In this document: positions 30,019 to 39,897 of the stretch, one piece after another
Numbering within the stretch: position 1 is the first letter of the stretch
How the letters are laid out: the number at the start of each line of letters is the position of its first letter
Assembly (NCBI GenBank): GCA_937930175.1
Contig: CALGLP010000015.1
Coordinates: 4,174 to 68,173 of the forward strand
Source of the DNA: an uncultured bacterium
Lineage (GTDB): Bacteria; Omnitrophota; Gorgyraeia; Zapsychrales; Aceulaceae
Direction of reading: 5' to 3'
DNA: 64,000 nt
Program-made: the position numbers and the translations under genes
Notes under the pieces: generated by a model
Told to the model about the DNA's origin: nothing
Databases searched by the model: none
Seen by the model: the letters and a program-made list of their open reading frames with translations, nothing else

Positions 30019-31707
30019 ATGAAAAAGAACGCAGGCAAAAGACCGGTGTTGAAATATTTGCGGGCTACTTGCCTCTGTGGCTTCTTGATGGCTTCGATGG
30101 TGGCGCTTTGCGCCGAAACGAGCCCGGCTTATGCAAATATTCTCAACATTTATACAGACTCCGGGATCCCCGAAGATGCCGTGCTTTGGACATGGGCGGG
30201 AGGACAAGGCAATTTTGACGCAATTTCCGACCAGGAATCCCCCGAAAGGGTACAGCACTTTAAAGCCACAGGAACAAACTGGCTAGGCTGGGGTGTCTTT
30301 TTTAACGTCAATGGTGCCAATCATACGAAAGACTTATCTAACTACAGCCAAGGTTATCTTAAATTTTCTGTCAAAACACAAATAAACCTCAAAGTCGAGA
30401 TCGAAGGCCCTGTCGGGATAACAAAAACAAAATATATCGCTAATTTCGGGTGGAACGGTGCGAATGAATGGCAAGAGATCAGCATTCCGATTAGCGCCTT
30501 CCAGGGAAATCTTACTTCTGTTTTTTCCCCTTTTAAAATTACGTCACCGTATGCCAATACTTTTTATATCGACCATGTTCGCTGGGAAGTCCCTATTACG
30601 GGCTATACCCCTTCAACGGTTAACGTCGAGCATAAAGCTCTCTTTGTGAACGGTTCTCGCTTTATTGTCAAGGGGGTTTCGGGAGAGTTCACACCCGTAG
30701 GCAAAAGAGGGCCCAGCTATGATTGGTCCTTGGAGCCAGCCCTTCTCAACCTGGATATCTCTTTGATCGCCGGCATGGGAGCTAATGCGATCAGAAGCTA
30801 TAATCAGGAGCCGACCCAGGTGCAAGCCCTGGACATGCTCCATGATAAAGAATTATATATGATCATGGGGTTCCCTGTGGATGTCGTTTACGGCAATGGC
30901 CAAGTCGTTGATTTTTCAAACCCTGTTGTGCGCCAAAATATTAAAACACGTTTTTTGCAAATGGTAGCGCACTGGAAAGACCATCCCGCTATTCTGATGT
31001 GGTGCTTGGGCAACGAGGTCAACAAAGCCCTGGAAGAGCATGGAGTCTGGCCAGGCCATTGGTATAGCCTCGTTGAAGAATGCGCCCAAGCTGCACATGC
31101 CCTGGAAGGAGAAAATGACCATCCTGTGACAACCGCGAATGCAGACCAAGCGGTCTGGGACATCGGGGATCCTGCCAAGAACGCAAATGATGCCTCCTTG
31201 CCCCATCTCGACATCTGGTCCCTTCAGCTCTATCGCGGGCCGTCCTTTGGCTCTGCCTTTACCGATTACAAAAACTCCAGCGCCAAGCCCTTGTTGATAT
31301 CAGAATTTGGCTGTGATGCTTATAACGGACTGACCAACCAAGAAGACGAAGCGATGCAGGCCTTTTATTTGTCCACACTTTGGAAGGACATTGCGCGCCA
31401 CCTTGCTCATCCTATCTTTAGCCATCCTTCCCATGCTTGCATCGGCGGGGTCTTGTTTGCCTGGAGGGACGGTTGGTGGAAAAGCCAAAACGGCACAGAA
31501 TTGACTCATGACACAAGCACGGATTGGCTCAATCCAAACTATAAAGATCCCAATATGAATGAAGAATGGTTTGGAGTCGTTAAAATCTCAGAAGGGATCC
31601 CCGCGATGCTTACCCCCAGGCAAGGGTATTACCTTTGGACAAATACTGAACGGGATCTCGCGCCTACTCCTATGAATACCGGCCTTTTTCAACGCAATAA
31701 AAGATAA
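30019..31707 (+). CDS. Secreted glycoside hydrolase, clan GH-A (GH5/GH2-like TIM barrel) with an N-terminal CBM-like domain
   Basis: Signal peptide; N-terminal roughly 200-aa beta-sandwich-like region; WCLGNEVN acid/base box and a TIM-barrel-like catalytic half. Confidence 0.6.
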   Translation: MKKNAGKRPVLKYLRATCLCGFLMASMVALCAETSPAYANILNIYTDSGIPEDAVLWTWAGGQGNFDAISDQESPERVQHFKATGTNWLGWGVFFNVNGANHTKDLSNYSQGYLKFSVKTQINLKVEIEGPVGITKTKYIANFGWNGANEWQEISIPISAFQGNLTSVFSPFKITSPYANTFYIDHVRWEVPITGYTPSTVNVEHKALFVNGSRFIVKGVSGEFTPVGKRGPSYDWSLEPALLNLDISLIAGMGANAIRSYNQEPTQVQALDMLHDKELYMIMGFPVDVVYGNGQVVDFSNPVVRQNIKTRFLQMVAHWKDHPAILMWCLGNEVNKALEEHGVWPGHWYSLVEECAQAAHALEGENDHPVTTANADQAVWDIGDPAKNANDASLPHLDIWSLQLYRGPSFGSAFTDYKNSSAKPLLISEFGCDAYNGLTNQEDEAMQAFYLSTLWKDIARHLAHPIFSHPSHACIGGVLFAWRDGWWKSQNGTELTHDTSTDWLNPNYKDPNMNEEWFGVVKISEGIPAMLTPRQGYYLWTNTERDLAPTPMNTGLFQRNKR

Positions 31708-31752
31708 GCATCATTGCGCTAAAAAGATATCCCGCTTTATTCTTCCCAGCTT

Positions 31753-32307
31753 TCAATTCTTCTGCCTTAAAATATCTTCAATGCTCTGATCGCCCACATA
31801 CAACCCCTCGACAACGGCAAAACCATCCTTGATCCTGACGATGACATAGGCCTCCTGCTTGTCGCGCCTGCTGTGGTCTCTATAAATCTGCTCTGCGCGA
31901 GGAGCTGCCTTTTCCTCCATATAATATCGATCAATCGGCAAATGAAGACTAACCTCATGGGCTGAGGAATATCCCACCGTTACTATTAAATAATCAGCGC
32001 CTCTGGGCTTCTGTGTAGCAATTTGCGAGATTTGCGCGTAACCTTTTTCATCAACGGACAATTGCGCAAAAACTTTCTGCCCAGACGTTAGGTCCATGCC
32101 TTGGGGCCGGTTAACCTTATTGACTTCAACCCTTAAAGCGACATACCGGCCTCGAAAAGCATCATAAGGATCGACTGGCGCTGTTTTAAAGCGAAAAGCT
32201 GTGCCATTTTTCAACGTTGATTCTCTTTGAACGATCATGGATACAGGCAAAGCAATCTGCACCACAATCAAGCTGGCAAAAAGTCCAAGGATGAGTTCTT
32301 TCCTCAT
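31753..32307 (-). CDS. GDYXXLXY-domain protein
   Basis: N-terminal TM helix; PVDPYDAFRGRYVAL matches the GDYxxLxY-family core. Confidence 0.55.
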   Translation of the reverse strand: MRKELILGLFASLIVVQIALPVSMIVQRESTLKNGTAFRFKTAPVDPYDAFRGRYVALRVEVNKVNRPQGMDLTSGQKVFAQLSVDEKGYAQISQIATQKPRGADYLIVTVGYSSAHEVSLHLPIDRYYMEEKAAPRAEQIYRDHSRRDKQEAYVIVRIKDGFAVVEGLYVGDQSIEDILRQKN

Positions 32308-33614
32308 GCCGCACCTCCTTTACGACGCAAAATCATAACATTCGTCGCCAGAAAACCAACGCCCAAAAATATAAAAACCAATCCCTTAAGGACAAAATTG
32401 ATTTCACTATCAAAAAACCTTGCCAAAACCAAGGCCGACAACATCAGCATCCCCGTGTTGATAACACCCAAATGATTTGTCCGTATTCCTATCATTAACC
32501 GAAAGACGCTAGCAGAGAGCAAGAAAACGTTGAACAACAACATGGGAAAGACTACTGACGTTGCGCCAAAAGCATAACCAATCAAGGCGAACAAAGGTAA
32601 TGCGCCAAACAATGTCCTCATCCAGTCCTGCCGCTTGGCATACTGGAAAAACAATAACAACGCGCCACCGACCAACAAGAAAGTCAAAATATGATCTGGA
32701 ATAGCAGACCAAGATGATGTTTCGGGCGTAGCGCAATAGCGCCCTCCCGTAATGGACTCCCACGGAAAACTAAAGGTCAAAAGAAACATCATAATAAAAA
32801 TGCCCAACCCTCCCAAGACTTGAAAAGGTCTTTGCCAATGAGTCGAAATTCCTTTAAATTCCCAAGCACCAAAAAGGTAAAACACTGTAATAAGACTCGA
32901 ATGAATAACGATCCAAGATCCCGACCAGGTCCTGCCCAAGGTCGATCCCGCCACAACACAAATATCCACCGCCATCACCATCGCCAAGATCGCAGATCGA
33001 ATAGCATATTTTTCCTGCCGCAATGACCAAATAAAATGCGGGATAACCATAGCCAAAAGAGGCCAAAAAAGAAACGCCTTGAGCGGCTCGTCCCAAAAGT
33101 GCCCGGCCCATGCGGTTATTCCGACCACAAAGATCGCTGCTGGGATCGTTGCTTGCATAAAATAGACCAATGGAACAATGAGCAGCATCCACGTCAAGAT
33201 AAAAGTCGGCGTATCGCTGGGGATATGGTACGTTTGGCTGATAAGCGCGATGGAGGCTCCGACCATAAGACTTAAAAATGTCGCTGTCCCCTCTTTAAGC
33301 GCTTGAGACTTTGGCCTTTTAAGCATAACGCCCATTGCCAGCGCCTGAGCAACCACCAAAGGCAGCAGAGAAAGCACAGCGCGCACCGAACGAGACAACT
33401 CTTCCCAATTATGCGCAAAAAGTAAAATGATGCCAAGCCCGATCAAAAGCGCCCCCAACACACCGCACAAAATGATGACAAACCATTTTTGATTCGCACT
33501 CTTTATGCTTCCATAATGCTCGCGGAGCTTATCAGCAGCCGATTGAGGAAGAACTCCCTTGTCAATCAGCTCCGGCAACTCTTGATAAAGCCATTGCACC
33601 ATTTTCTTGTTCAT
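32304..33614 (-). CDS. Polytopic membrane protein (DUF2157/DUF4401-like), partner of the GDYXXLXY protein
   Basis: N-terminus WLYQELPELIDKGVLPQSAADKLREHYG resembles DUF2157, followed by about 12 TM helices. Overlaps the downstream gene by 4 nt. Confidence 0.5.
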   Translation of the reverse strand: MNKKMVQWLYQELPELIDKGVLPQSAADKLREHYGSIKSANQKWFVIILCGVLGALLIGLGIILLFAHNWEELSRSVRAVLSLLPLVVAQALAMGVMLKRPKSQALKEGTATFLSLMVGASIALISQTYHIPSDTPTFILTWMLLIVPLVYFMQATIPAAIFVVGITAWAGHFWDEPLKAFLFWPLLAMVIPHFIWSLRQEKYAIRSAILAMVMAVDICVVAGSTLGRTWSGSWIVIHSSLITVFYLFGAWEFKGISTHWQRPFQVLGGLGIFIMMFLLTFSFPWESITGGRYCATPETSSWSAIPDHILTFLLVGGALLLFFQYAKRQDWMRTLFGALPLFALIGYAFGATSVVFPMLLFNVFLLSASVFRLMIGIRTNHLGVINTGMLMLSALVLARFFDSEINFVLKGLVFIFLGVGFLATNVMILRRKGGAA

Positions 33615-33682
33615 AGCACTCCTTTCCGTATTTTTAGCCGTGGATCTTTCCTGATGTGGACTTCAATCAATATTCCTGTTCC

Positions 33683-34102
33683 CTATTCCCCTAAAAACTG
33701 CACAACAACGGTTCGCTCGCGAGGCCGATGATCAAACTCGGCTAGCACAATCTGCTGCCAAGTGCCTAAAAGAAGTTTTTTGTCCGCAAAGGGAATGTTC
33801 ATGGACTGACCTTGAAGGGCTGAGCGCAGATGGCTAAACCCATTGGCATCACCCCAGGTTTCATCATGGGCATATGTTGCATTGGACGGGGCAATTTTCT
33901 CATAAAGCGCCTTTAGGTCTTGGATCAGGCCTGGCTCGTATTCAAAGGACACGATCGCCGCAGTAGAACCAACCACGAAAACCATGACCTGGCCTTGGGA
34001 AAGCTTGGAACTTTCAAAATGTTTTTGGATGTGGTCGGTAATATTAAGGAAATCCCCCACACCCTTGGTTTTAAAATGAAGTTCTTTGGTGATAATTGTC
34101 AT
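33683..34102 (-). CDS. YjbQ/UPF0047 family protein (secondary thiamine-phosphate synthase-like)
   Basis: Full-length match to the YjbQ fold (MVFVVGSTAAIV...HDETWGDANGFSHL...). Confidence 0.8.
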   Translation of the reverse strand: MTIITKELHFKTKGVGDFLNITDHIQKHFESSKLSQGQVMVFVVGSTAAIVSFEYEPGLIQDLKALYEKIAPSNATYAHDETWGDANGFSHLRSALQGQSMNIPFADKKLLLGTWQQIVLAEFDHRPRERTVVVQFLGE

Positions 34103-34123
34103 AAGGTTCTTTTAGTCAAAAGG

Positions 34124-35056
34124 CTATTTTTCTTCTGGCTTGCTTACAGCCTGGAGCCATTTTTCCTTAATCAACGCATTGTCCTGCACGCGGGCGTTGC
34201 CCCAACCCTGGCCCTGGAACATCGGAATCTTTTCCCAATGCCAATTGATATAGCAAATCATTTTCACATCATTAGTCTTTACAAAATCAAAGAGCCGCGC
34301 ATACCAAGCATTCCAGGCTTTTTGTCCCTGCGTGATATCAACACCACGTGGCGTTGCCTCGGCGATCATCAAGGGTTTGCCATGCTTTTGAGCGATTTTC
34401 ACAACACGTTGTCGATTGGCTTGGGCATAAGCATCAAAAAACGATAGCCCCACCCAGTCCACATACGCATCACCGGGATACCATCGCTCAATGTCGCCAG
34501 CCACAAAAGCCGCATATGAATGCCAGACATAAAATACATTACTGACACCCTGGGCCCTGAGCGTGTCGACAATACGCTGATACGCCTTAATGTATTGAGC
34601 AGGTTCATAATTATTTTGTGGATTATCAAACTCATAGCCAATGCGCAAATAGATCTTGGTTTGATCGTTTTTTATAAACCACTGAGCCAGTTTAAGAAGA
34701 TTCTGGTCGTAGGCGCCGCTTACCGTTTCCTGTAATGCTCCGACGAGATAAAGCCCGATTTGCAGCTTGGAGCCGGGATATTGAGCCGTAAGGCCTTGGG
34801 CATTTTGGATGCCAGCGCCAACATCTGCTGCCGATTCGAGACCCTCAAGATGCGCCAGAGAGGTATACATCATAAAGCCATCCGGACGATGGCCTGTGTC
34901 GTTGACATACGCCTTGGCTGTTTCAAAATCTTGGCCGATGAAGGTTTGGAATTCTGCTACAACAGCGCTATCTTGGGCATAAAGCGGAGAACAAAGGACA
35001 AAGGCTCCTGGCAAAAGAAAAAGCAAAAAACTAGTTATGATTTTCTTGATGAACAT
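34124..35056 (-). CDS. Secreted glycoside hydrolase, GH26-like (clan GH-A)
   Basis: Signal peptide; YLRIGYEFDN (acid/base Glu region), WHSYAAF, IAEATPRG (nucleophile Glu region). Confidence 0.55.
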   Translation of the reverse strand: MFIKKIITSFLLFLLPGAFVLCSPLYAQDSAVVAEFQTFIGQDFETAKAYVNDTGHRPDGFMMYTSLAHLEGLESAADVGAGIQNAQGLTAQYPGSKLQIGLYLVGALQETVSGAYDQNLLKLAQWFIKNDQTKIYLRIGYEFDNPQNNYEPAQYIKAYQRIVDTLRAQGVSNVFYVWHSYAAFVAGDIERWYPGDAYVDWVGLSFFDAYAQANRQRVVKIAQKHGKPLMIAEATPRGVDITQGQKAWNAWYARLFDFVKTNDVKMICYINWHWEKIPMFQGQGWGNARVQDNALIKEKWLQAVSKPEEK

Positions 35057-35209
35057 AGGATCTCAAACTCCGGGGGCGCAATACTTCATGAAGTATTGCG
35101 CCCATTCAACTCTTCCCCCGATCCGCTTATTATTCATTTCGTCGATACTTTACAACTCGCAAAAAAAGCGCCAAACACTTTTTCACAATATCGTATAGTT
35201 ATTGTATAG

Positions 35210-35267
35210 GGTCCTTCTTGCCGCCCCGCGGGTAAACAGGGCCTCCTCATCCCACGGAAATTCGTGT
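35210..35267. repeat. GC-rich hairpin repeat, copy C (…GCCCCGCGGGTAAACAGGGCCTCCTCATCCCACGG…)
   Basis: Shares the core CCCCGYGGGTRAACAGGGCC with copy D; contains the inverted repeat CCGCGGG/CCCACGG. Confidence 0.65.
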
Positions 35268-35279
35268 ACCAGAAATCCA

Positions 35280-36932
35280 TCACGGTATTATTTCATATTT
35301 CTCAAGCAAAAGGATCGCTTGGCCCAACTTGGCCATCTCCGATATGCGTACTTCCCCCTCAATTATTTCTCCATTTTCATCTTTAAGGTGCGGAATATAC
35401 TTACCTCTTATATCCTTTGTGTCTTGCCGAGCCATTAATCTTACTCTTTGTCCTGCATACTTATTTAAAAAATCGCTAAAACGTTCTTCTCCCGGCTTTT
35501 CTGGATACCTAAAAAAAACCAAATACTCTTTACCATGATCTGCACGAAAAATGCCTTTGTAAAAAGGAGACACATAAGAAAATTTTCCTTGCATTGTGAC
35601 AAGCGGTATCACTGGCGTCGATAGATCATTTGATCTTTTTAGGCGTTCTTCGAGTTCAACAAAGCTCGGATGGCGATCGTTAAAATCGCTCACATCATAA
35701 GGACGCGTCAAATAAGTGACCTGTGCCTCATCAAGAATTGCCCATGAATCATTATCAAGCAATAAAACGACCGAAAGAACATACGGTCCACCTTGTCCAG
35801 TTCGTTGAATATCTGGGCCGTAAAAATCGAACGATAGTGGTTGCAAGCCCTTTTGCAAGACAACAGAAGACCCTGCAGACATATGAATCGGACTTGTCAA
35901 ATGAACTTCTACTCGGTATTCTCCTGATACACTCGACTCAACATCAAAAGTAATGCGCAAAAGATCGTATTTCCCATCACCATTCTCATCAATACCCATA
36001 TCTTGAAAATGCCCTTTAATGTTCATTAAAACAGGCTCAAAGTCTAAAAACTTATACGGCCTTGAAGTAAAACTTCTGCTTTCAAGAGATGACCCTTCAA
36101 AAGAAAGGTTTATAAGTCCCTCGTAAGGCCCATTACGTTTTGATCGGCTTATTTTATGTCCTGGCAAAAAGATCTCAACAGGATGAATACCTGTTGCATT
36201 AAAATCAAATGCCTCTAGACTAGAAAAGATTTCTTTATCAAGACCACCCTCCACAAAACACTCAACATCATACTGGCCTGGCTTTCGCACTAAAACAGAT
36301 ACAATAAATTTGATAAAGTTATACTTTCCATTACTATCTGTATCCATGGCTTCATCTTCAACTGAAAGGATATAAGAGCCCTGCTCGCCAAACTTTTGAT
36401 GCTCATAAGCTGGTGTTTGAAAAACAAAGGAATCCGCCCATCCTCTCTCGCCAATCATATCAAGCGAAACCTCATAAGGCCCATCTCTCTTTGACGTAAA
36501 AATATCCTCTCCTGAAAAATCAATTTGAATCATATATACTCCAGGGTCACCCTCAAAAGATGTTGAGGAAAATATTTGTGAGTGCCAAAAAGGTACAATA
36601 GAAATAGTATCATTACCTTTTTTTAGTTCCCCAAAAATAGTGTAAGAACCACCCTTGACCATCTGCACCTCAACGCTTACTGATAGCTGATTAAAAATAC
36701 CATCGCCATCTGTATCTCTTGGATGAAATTCCGCGTATCCGGTAAAAAAACAATCTTTTCCTTTGCTATCAGAAACAGGGCGTATTGTTTGCCGCGGGTC
36801 TTTTGATATTGACTGTTGATTAACCTGTTGCTCTTGAGAATGATGACGGCTATTCCTTGCGATTTGATCTTCAGCCACATTTGAACAACCGACGCATATT
36901 AAGCATAAAACTAAAAAGACAATCTTTCGCAT
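35280..36932 (-). CDS. Lipoprotein with four tandem roughly 100-aa repeat domains (DxDxDG-like motifs)
   Basis: Lipobox LICVGCSNV. Repeated DTDGDG/DTDSNG/DENGDG ... GPYE units. Start set at MRKIVFL with an AAAGGAGA ribosome-binding site; the ORF-track extension through repeat D is rejected. Confidence 0.6.
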   Translation of the reverse strand: MRKIVFLVLCLICVGCSNVAEDQIARNSRHHSQEQQVNQQSISKDPRQTIRPVSDSKGKDCFFTGYAEFHPRDTDGDGIFNQLSVSVEVQMVKGGSYTIFGELKKGNDTISIVPFWHSQIFSSTSFEGDPGVYMIQIDFSGEDIFTSKRDGPYEVSLDMIGERGWADSFVFQTPAYEHQKFGEQGSYILSVEDEAMDTDSNGKYNFIKFIVSVLVRKPGQYDVECFVEGGLDKEIFSSLEAFDFNATGIHPVEIFLPGHKISRSKRNGPYEGLINLSFEGSSLESRSFTSRPYKFLDFEPVLMNIKGHFQDMGIDENGDGKYDLLRITFDVESSVSGEYRVEVHLTSPIHMSAGSSVVLQKGLQPLSFDFYGPDIQRTGQGGPYVLSVVLLLDNDSWAILDEAQVTYLTRPYDVSDFNDRHPSFVELEERLKRSNDLSTPVIPLVTMQGKFSYVSPFYKGIFRADHGKEYLVFFRYPEKPGEERFSDFLNKYAGQRVRLMARQDTKDIRGKYIPHLKDENGEIIEGEVRISEMAKLGQAILLLEKYEIIP

Positions 36933-36975
36933 TTGATCAAATCTCCTTTTTAAAGCATCGCCCTCGCTACCACAC

Positions 36976-37040
36976 GATCCACACCCCGTGGGTGAACAGG
37001 GCCCTCTAGGCCCCCGAATCCTCGCCACGGGGATCCACCC
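36976..37040. repeat. GC-rich hairpin repeat, copy D (…CACCCCGTGGGTGAACAGGGCCC…CGCCACGGGGATCCACCC)
   Basis: CCCCGTGG and CCACGGGG form an 8-bp stem. Homologous to copy C. Lies about 44 nt upstream of the lipoprotein start. Confidence 0.65.
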
Positions 37041-37045
37041 TTTTT

Positions 37046-39157
37046 CTATCGACCTTGCAGGCCTTGACGGTACCTTTCTATTTCTTGAAGAAATTCTGGA
37101 CGTATCTGTGCGCCATATGTGAGAGCCATATCACAATACTTAACAGCGAGCTTCTTATTGCCCATTTCTGAATACGCAAGCGCTAAACCATAATATCCGT
37201 TTGCGAATTTTGGCTTTAAGGCGACAGCCTTGCGATAGCCTTTGATCGCCGCAGGATAATTGTGCAGGCTAAAATAGGCGTTAGCCATATTGTAATACGC
37301 CTCTTTCTTCCTTGGGTCTAGCTTGACGGCCTTTTGATAATAAAAGATCGCGAGTTCATAATGCCCTTGGCTTGTATAAGCATTGCCAAGATTATAGTGG
37401 GCTGGGGCATATTGGGGATCCCCTGCAATGGCCTTGTGATAGGCTTGCGCAGCTTCCTCGTACATCTTAAGCTCTTGATAACTGTTTCCCAGGTCATAGA
37501 GCACGCAGGGATTCTCTGGAACAAACTCCAGATATTTCTGGAAAGCCTCCAAGGCCTCAGAGTGCCGGCCCAAGATAGCCAAGACCGTCCCCAGTCCAGA
37601 ATACGCCTCAAAAAAATCTGGATCACCCTGGATCACAAAACGAAATTGCTCCTCCGCTTCCTTATATTTTTTTGAATAATAATATACCCAGCCAAGCTTG
37701 CATCGGGTCAGAAGATAGGAGCCTTGGAAACCTAAGCTCTTCTCATAATTTTTAACGGATTGTTTTAAATCGTTAAGATCAAGAAAAAGGGCTCCTTTAA
37801 AAAACACCTTTGCGGCACGTTGATCAAAAAGGCCGCTTTGAACATCATCGAGCGCAGAGACAAAGTCTTTGTAGCGATAATAGCAGGGATCCTCGCGCTT
37901 GACGATCTCATAAAATTTTAACAAATGTGGCCGCGCTGCCTCAAAGTTCCCCTCGATGGCCTGCAATAATCCCGCCTTATAGAAAACGCCCTCGCTGCGA
38001 ACTCCTCCCGTGGCAATCGCTTTTTCAAGATAAAATAAAGATTTCTTAAAATCGTTTTCTTGATAAAGAGCTTTAATCCCCATTTTCGCATATGCAACTG
38101 GCACTCTCGCCGGCAAAGGCCATAGCAATAAACCTACACTAACAATGCTTAATAAGATAAATGCTCGCTTCCCCCATACATGATTCGTTAAATTTGATCC
38201 ATAATAGACAAAAACGCGCTTCGAATAAGCCAGATAACATGCAAAAAAAACAAGCCAAGGAAAAGCTTTGATGACGACTCCCCCGTCAAAGCTAGGAAGC
38301 GCGCCAATCTTAAAGATAAAATATAAAGAAAGTGACGAAAAAAGAACTCTGTAAGCCGAAAAATAAATAATCTTAGCAGGGGTACCTTTTTCTTTCTTGC
38401 GAAAGAGCGTGATGATCTTGGAGAAGAGTTGCGTTGTCATGGCAGAACAGATGAAAGCAAAAAAGAGATCAATGTCTTGAGAGGCCGCACCAAACCTTAC
38501 CTTGCTGACAAGAATAATTGAAAACAACGCAAAGAATAAAAATAAAAATAATATGCCTGCGAAGAGGGCCTCAAGCCACGTGTAGCAATAGAAAAATTTT
38601 AACCATCCGCCAAACTGTTCAAAGGATTTCAATTGATTTTGTTCTTGGGATTCTGGCCCTGCCCCATAGCGTCCTTCTTTAAATTGTTCGTTCACGTGAG
38701 GCCGCGTGAGAAAATACGCAAGGCTCAGGAATAAAATAACCTCAAAACCCATCCAAACAAACCCTATCCCCTCAAATATCCGCAAGGCTTGAGAGAAAGG
38801 CGCACCGGATGTTTGCGAAAAAACAAGAGCCTGCTGGCTTAGATATTCAGAAAGATTCTTAAACGTAATCAGCGGAAATTCAATAAAATACACATAAAAA
38901 TTAAAAAGACAAACACCTAAAAGGGCTTTGCGGAAAGACTCCCTAGGCTTAAAAAGAAGCCCAACCCCTGCAAGAATCTGCAAAAGAACAACCGCACTAA
39001 AGATCAAAAAATGCGCAAAGATCACGCCCTCGGGTAAAGGCCTCAATATCAATCGATAGGCTTCATCAGGCCCGCTCACCACATTGGTCAAATTTAACAA
39101 TCCATTTAAAATAATAAGGACAGCAAAAATCGTTATGCCCCGTGAGCGTTTGTTCAT
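37046..39157 (-). CDS. Polytopic membrane protein with a C-terminal TPR array
   Basis: About 10 TM helices, then more than 8 TPR units (AHYNLGNAYTSQGHYELAIFYYQKAVKLDP...). Confidence 0.65.
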   Translation of the reverse strand: MNKRSRGITIFAVLIILNGLLNLTNVVSGPDEAYRLILRPLPEGVIFAHFLIFSAVVLLQILAGVGLLFKPRESFRKALLGVCLFNFYVYFIEFPLITFKNLSEYLSQQALVFSQTSGAPFSQALRIFEGIGFVWMGFEVILFLSLAYFLTRPHVNEQFKEGRYGAGPESQEQNQLKSFEQFGGWLKFFYCYTWLEALFAGILFLFLFFALFSIILVSKVRFGAASQDIDLFFAFICSAMTTQLFSKIITLFRKKEKGTPAKIIYFSAYRVLFSSLSLYFIFKIGALPSFDGGVVIKAFPWLVFFACYLAYSKRVFVYYGSNLTNHVWGKRAFILLSIVSVGLLLWPLPARVPVAYAKMGIKALYQENDFKKSLFYLEKAIATGGVRSEGVFYKAGLLQAIEGNFEAARPHLLKFYEIVKREDPCYYRYKDFVSALDDVQSGLFDQRAAKVFFKGALFLDLNDLKQSVKNYEKSLGFQGSYLLTRCKLGWVYYYSKKYKEAEEQFRFVIQGDPDFFEAYSGLGTVLAILGRHSEALEAFQKYLEFVPENPCVLYDLGNSYQELKMYEEAAQAYHKAIAGDPQYAPAHYNLGNAYTSQGHYELAIFYYQKAVKLDPRKKEAYYNMANAYFSLHNYPAAIKGYRKAVALKPKFANGYYGLALAYSEMGNKKLAVKYCDMALTYGAQIRPEFLQEIERYRQGLQGR

Positions 39158-39238
39158 GCCACTCCTCCTGTGTTCGCTTAAAAAACTAATCTCGTTTTTA
39201 AAATACTTTTTAAAATAGAAATGTGGAAATGCTATGAA

Positions 39239-39271
39239 GGGGGGCCATCCGATGGTATCGGATGGCCCCCC
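39239..39271 (-). terminator. Intrinsic terminator downstream of purN (perfect 15-bp palindrome GGGGGGCCATCCGAT-ggt-ATCGGATGGCCCCCC)
   Basis: Perfect palindrome followed, on the minus strand, by a T-rich tract. Confidence 0.5.
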
Positions 39272-39300
39272 TTGATCCTTTTCATCCCCAATACCAACAC

Positions 39301-39897
39301 TTATTTCTTTGAAAGTACCTTGACCTTAATTTTTCCTCTGGCAAAATCATCGATCACCTGAGGATAAAGTTTATGCTCAAGCTTATGGATACGCTCCTCT
39401 AAGGTTCTTAACGTATCGGTTTTCTTGATTGGCAAGGCTTCTTGGACAATGATCGGGCCATGATCAACCTCTTCATCCACAAAATGCACGGTCACACCTG
39501 TCTCATAAACACCCGCTTCAAAGGCATCGCGGATGGCATGCGCTCCTTTAAACAAAGGCAAAAGCGCTGGATGGATATTGAGGATTTGATAGGGAAAAGC
39601 TTTCACAAAAACAGGACTGAGGATGCGCATGTATCCTGCTAAAACCACAAAATCTACATTAAAATTCGTAAGCTCTTCAATGAGCCGCTGATCCATGGCC
39701 TCACGCGTCTTAAAAGCCTTGGGGTCGATCACCACCGTCGGAAACCCAGCCTTGAGCGCGCGCGTTAAGGCAAAGGCCTTGGGGTTATCGGAGACCACCA
39801 CGCATAGTTGCGCGGCAATCTTTTTCTTGTTAAGCGCATCCACAATGGCTTGCAGATTGGATCCCTGGCCGCTTACCAACACCGCAAATCGTTTCAT
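39301..39897 (-). CDS. purN: Phosphoribosylglycinamide formyltransferase
   Basis: MKRFAVLVSGQGSNLQAIVDA, and formyl-transferase motifs HPALLP and GVTVHFVDEEVDHGPII. Confidence 0.9.
   Translation of the reverse strand: MKRFAVLVSGQGSNLQAIVDALNKKKIAAQLCVVVSDNPKAFALTRALKAGFPTVVIDPKAFKTREAMDQRLIEELTNFNVDFVVLAGYMRILSPVFVKAFPYQILNIHPALLPLFKGAHAIRDAFEAGVYETGVTVHFVDEEVDHGPIIVQEALPIKKTDTLRTLEERIHKLEHKLYPQVIDDFARGKIKVKVLSKK

Noticed and set aside
36933-37028. N-terminal 32-codon extension of the lipoprotein ORF (MARIRGPRGPCSPTGCGSCGSEGDALKRRFDQ)
   Set aside because: The extension is simply a read-through of the GC-rich repeat D. The in-frame ATG at 36932 has a strong AAAGGAGA ribosome-binding site and is followed directly by the signal peptide and lipobox.
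25301-37040. Integron attC sites flanking cassettes
   Set aside because: No GTTRRRY/RYYYAAC core sites and no intI. The elements are short GC-rich palindromes, unlike 59-be sites.
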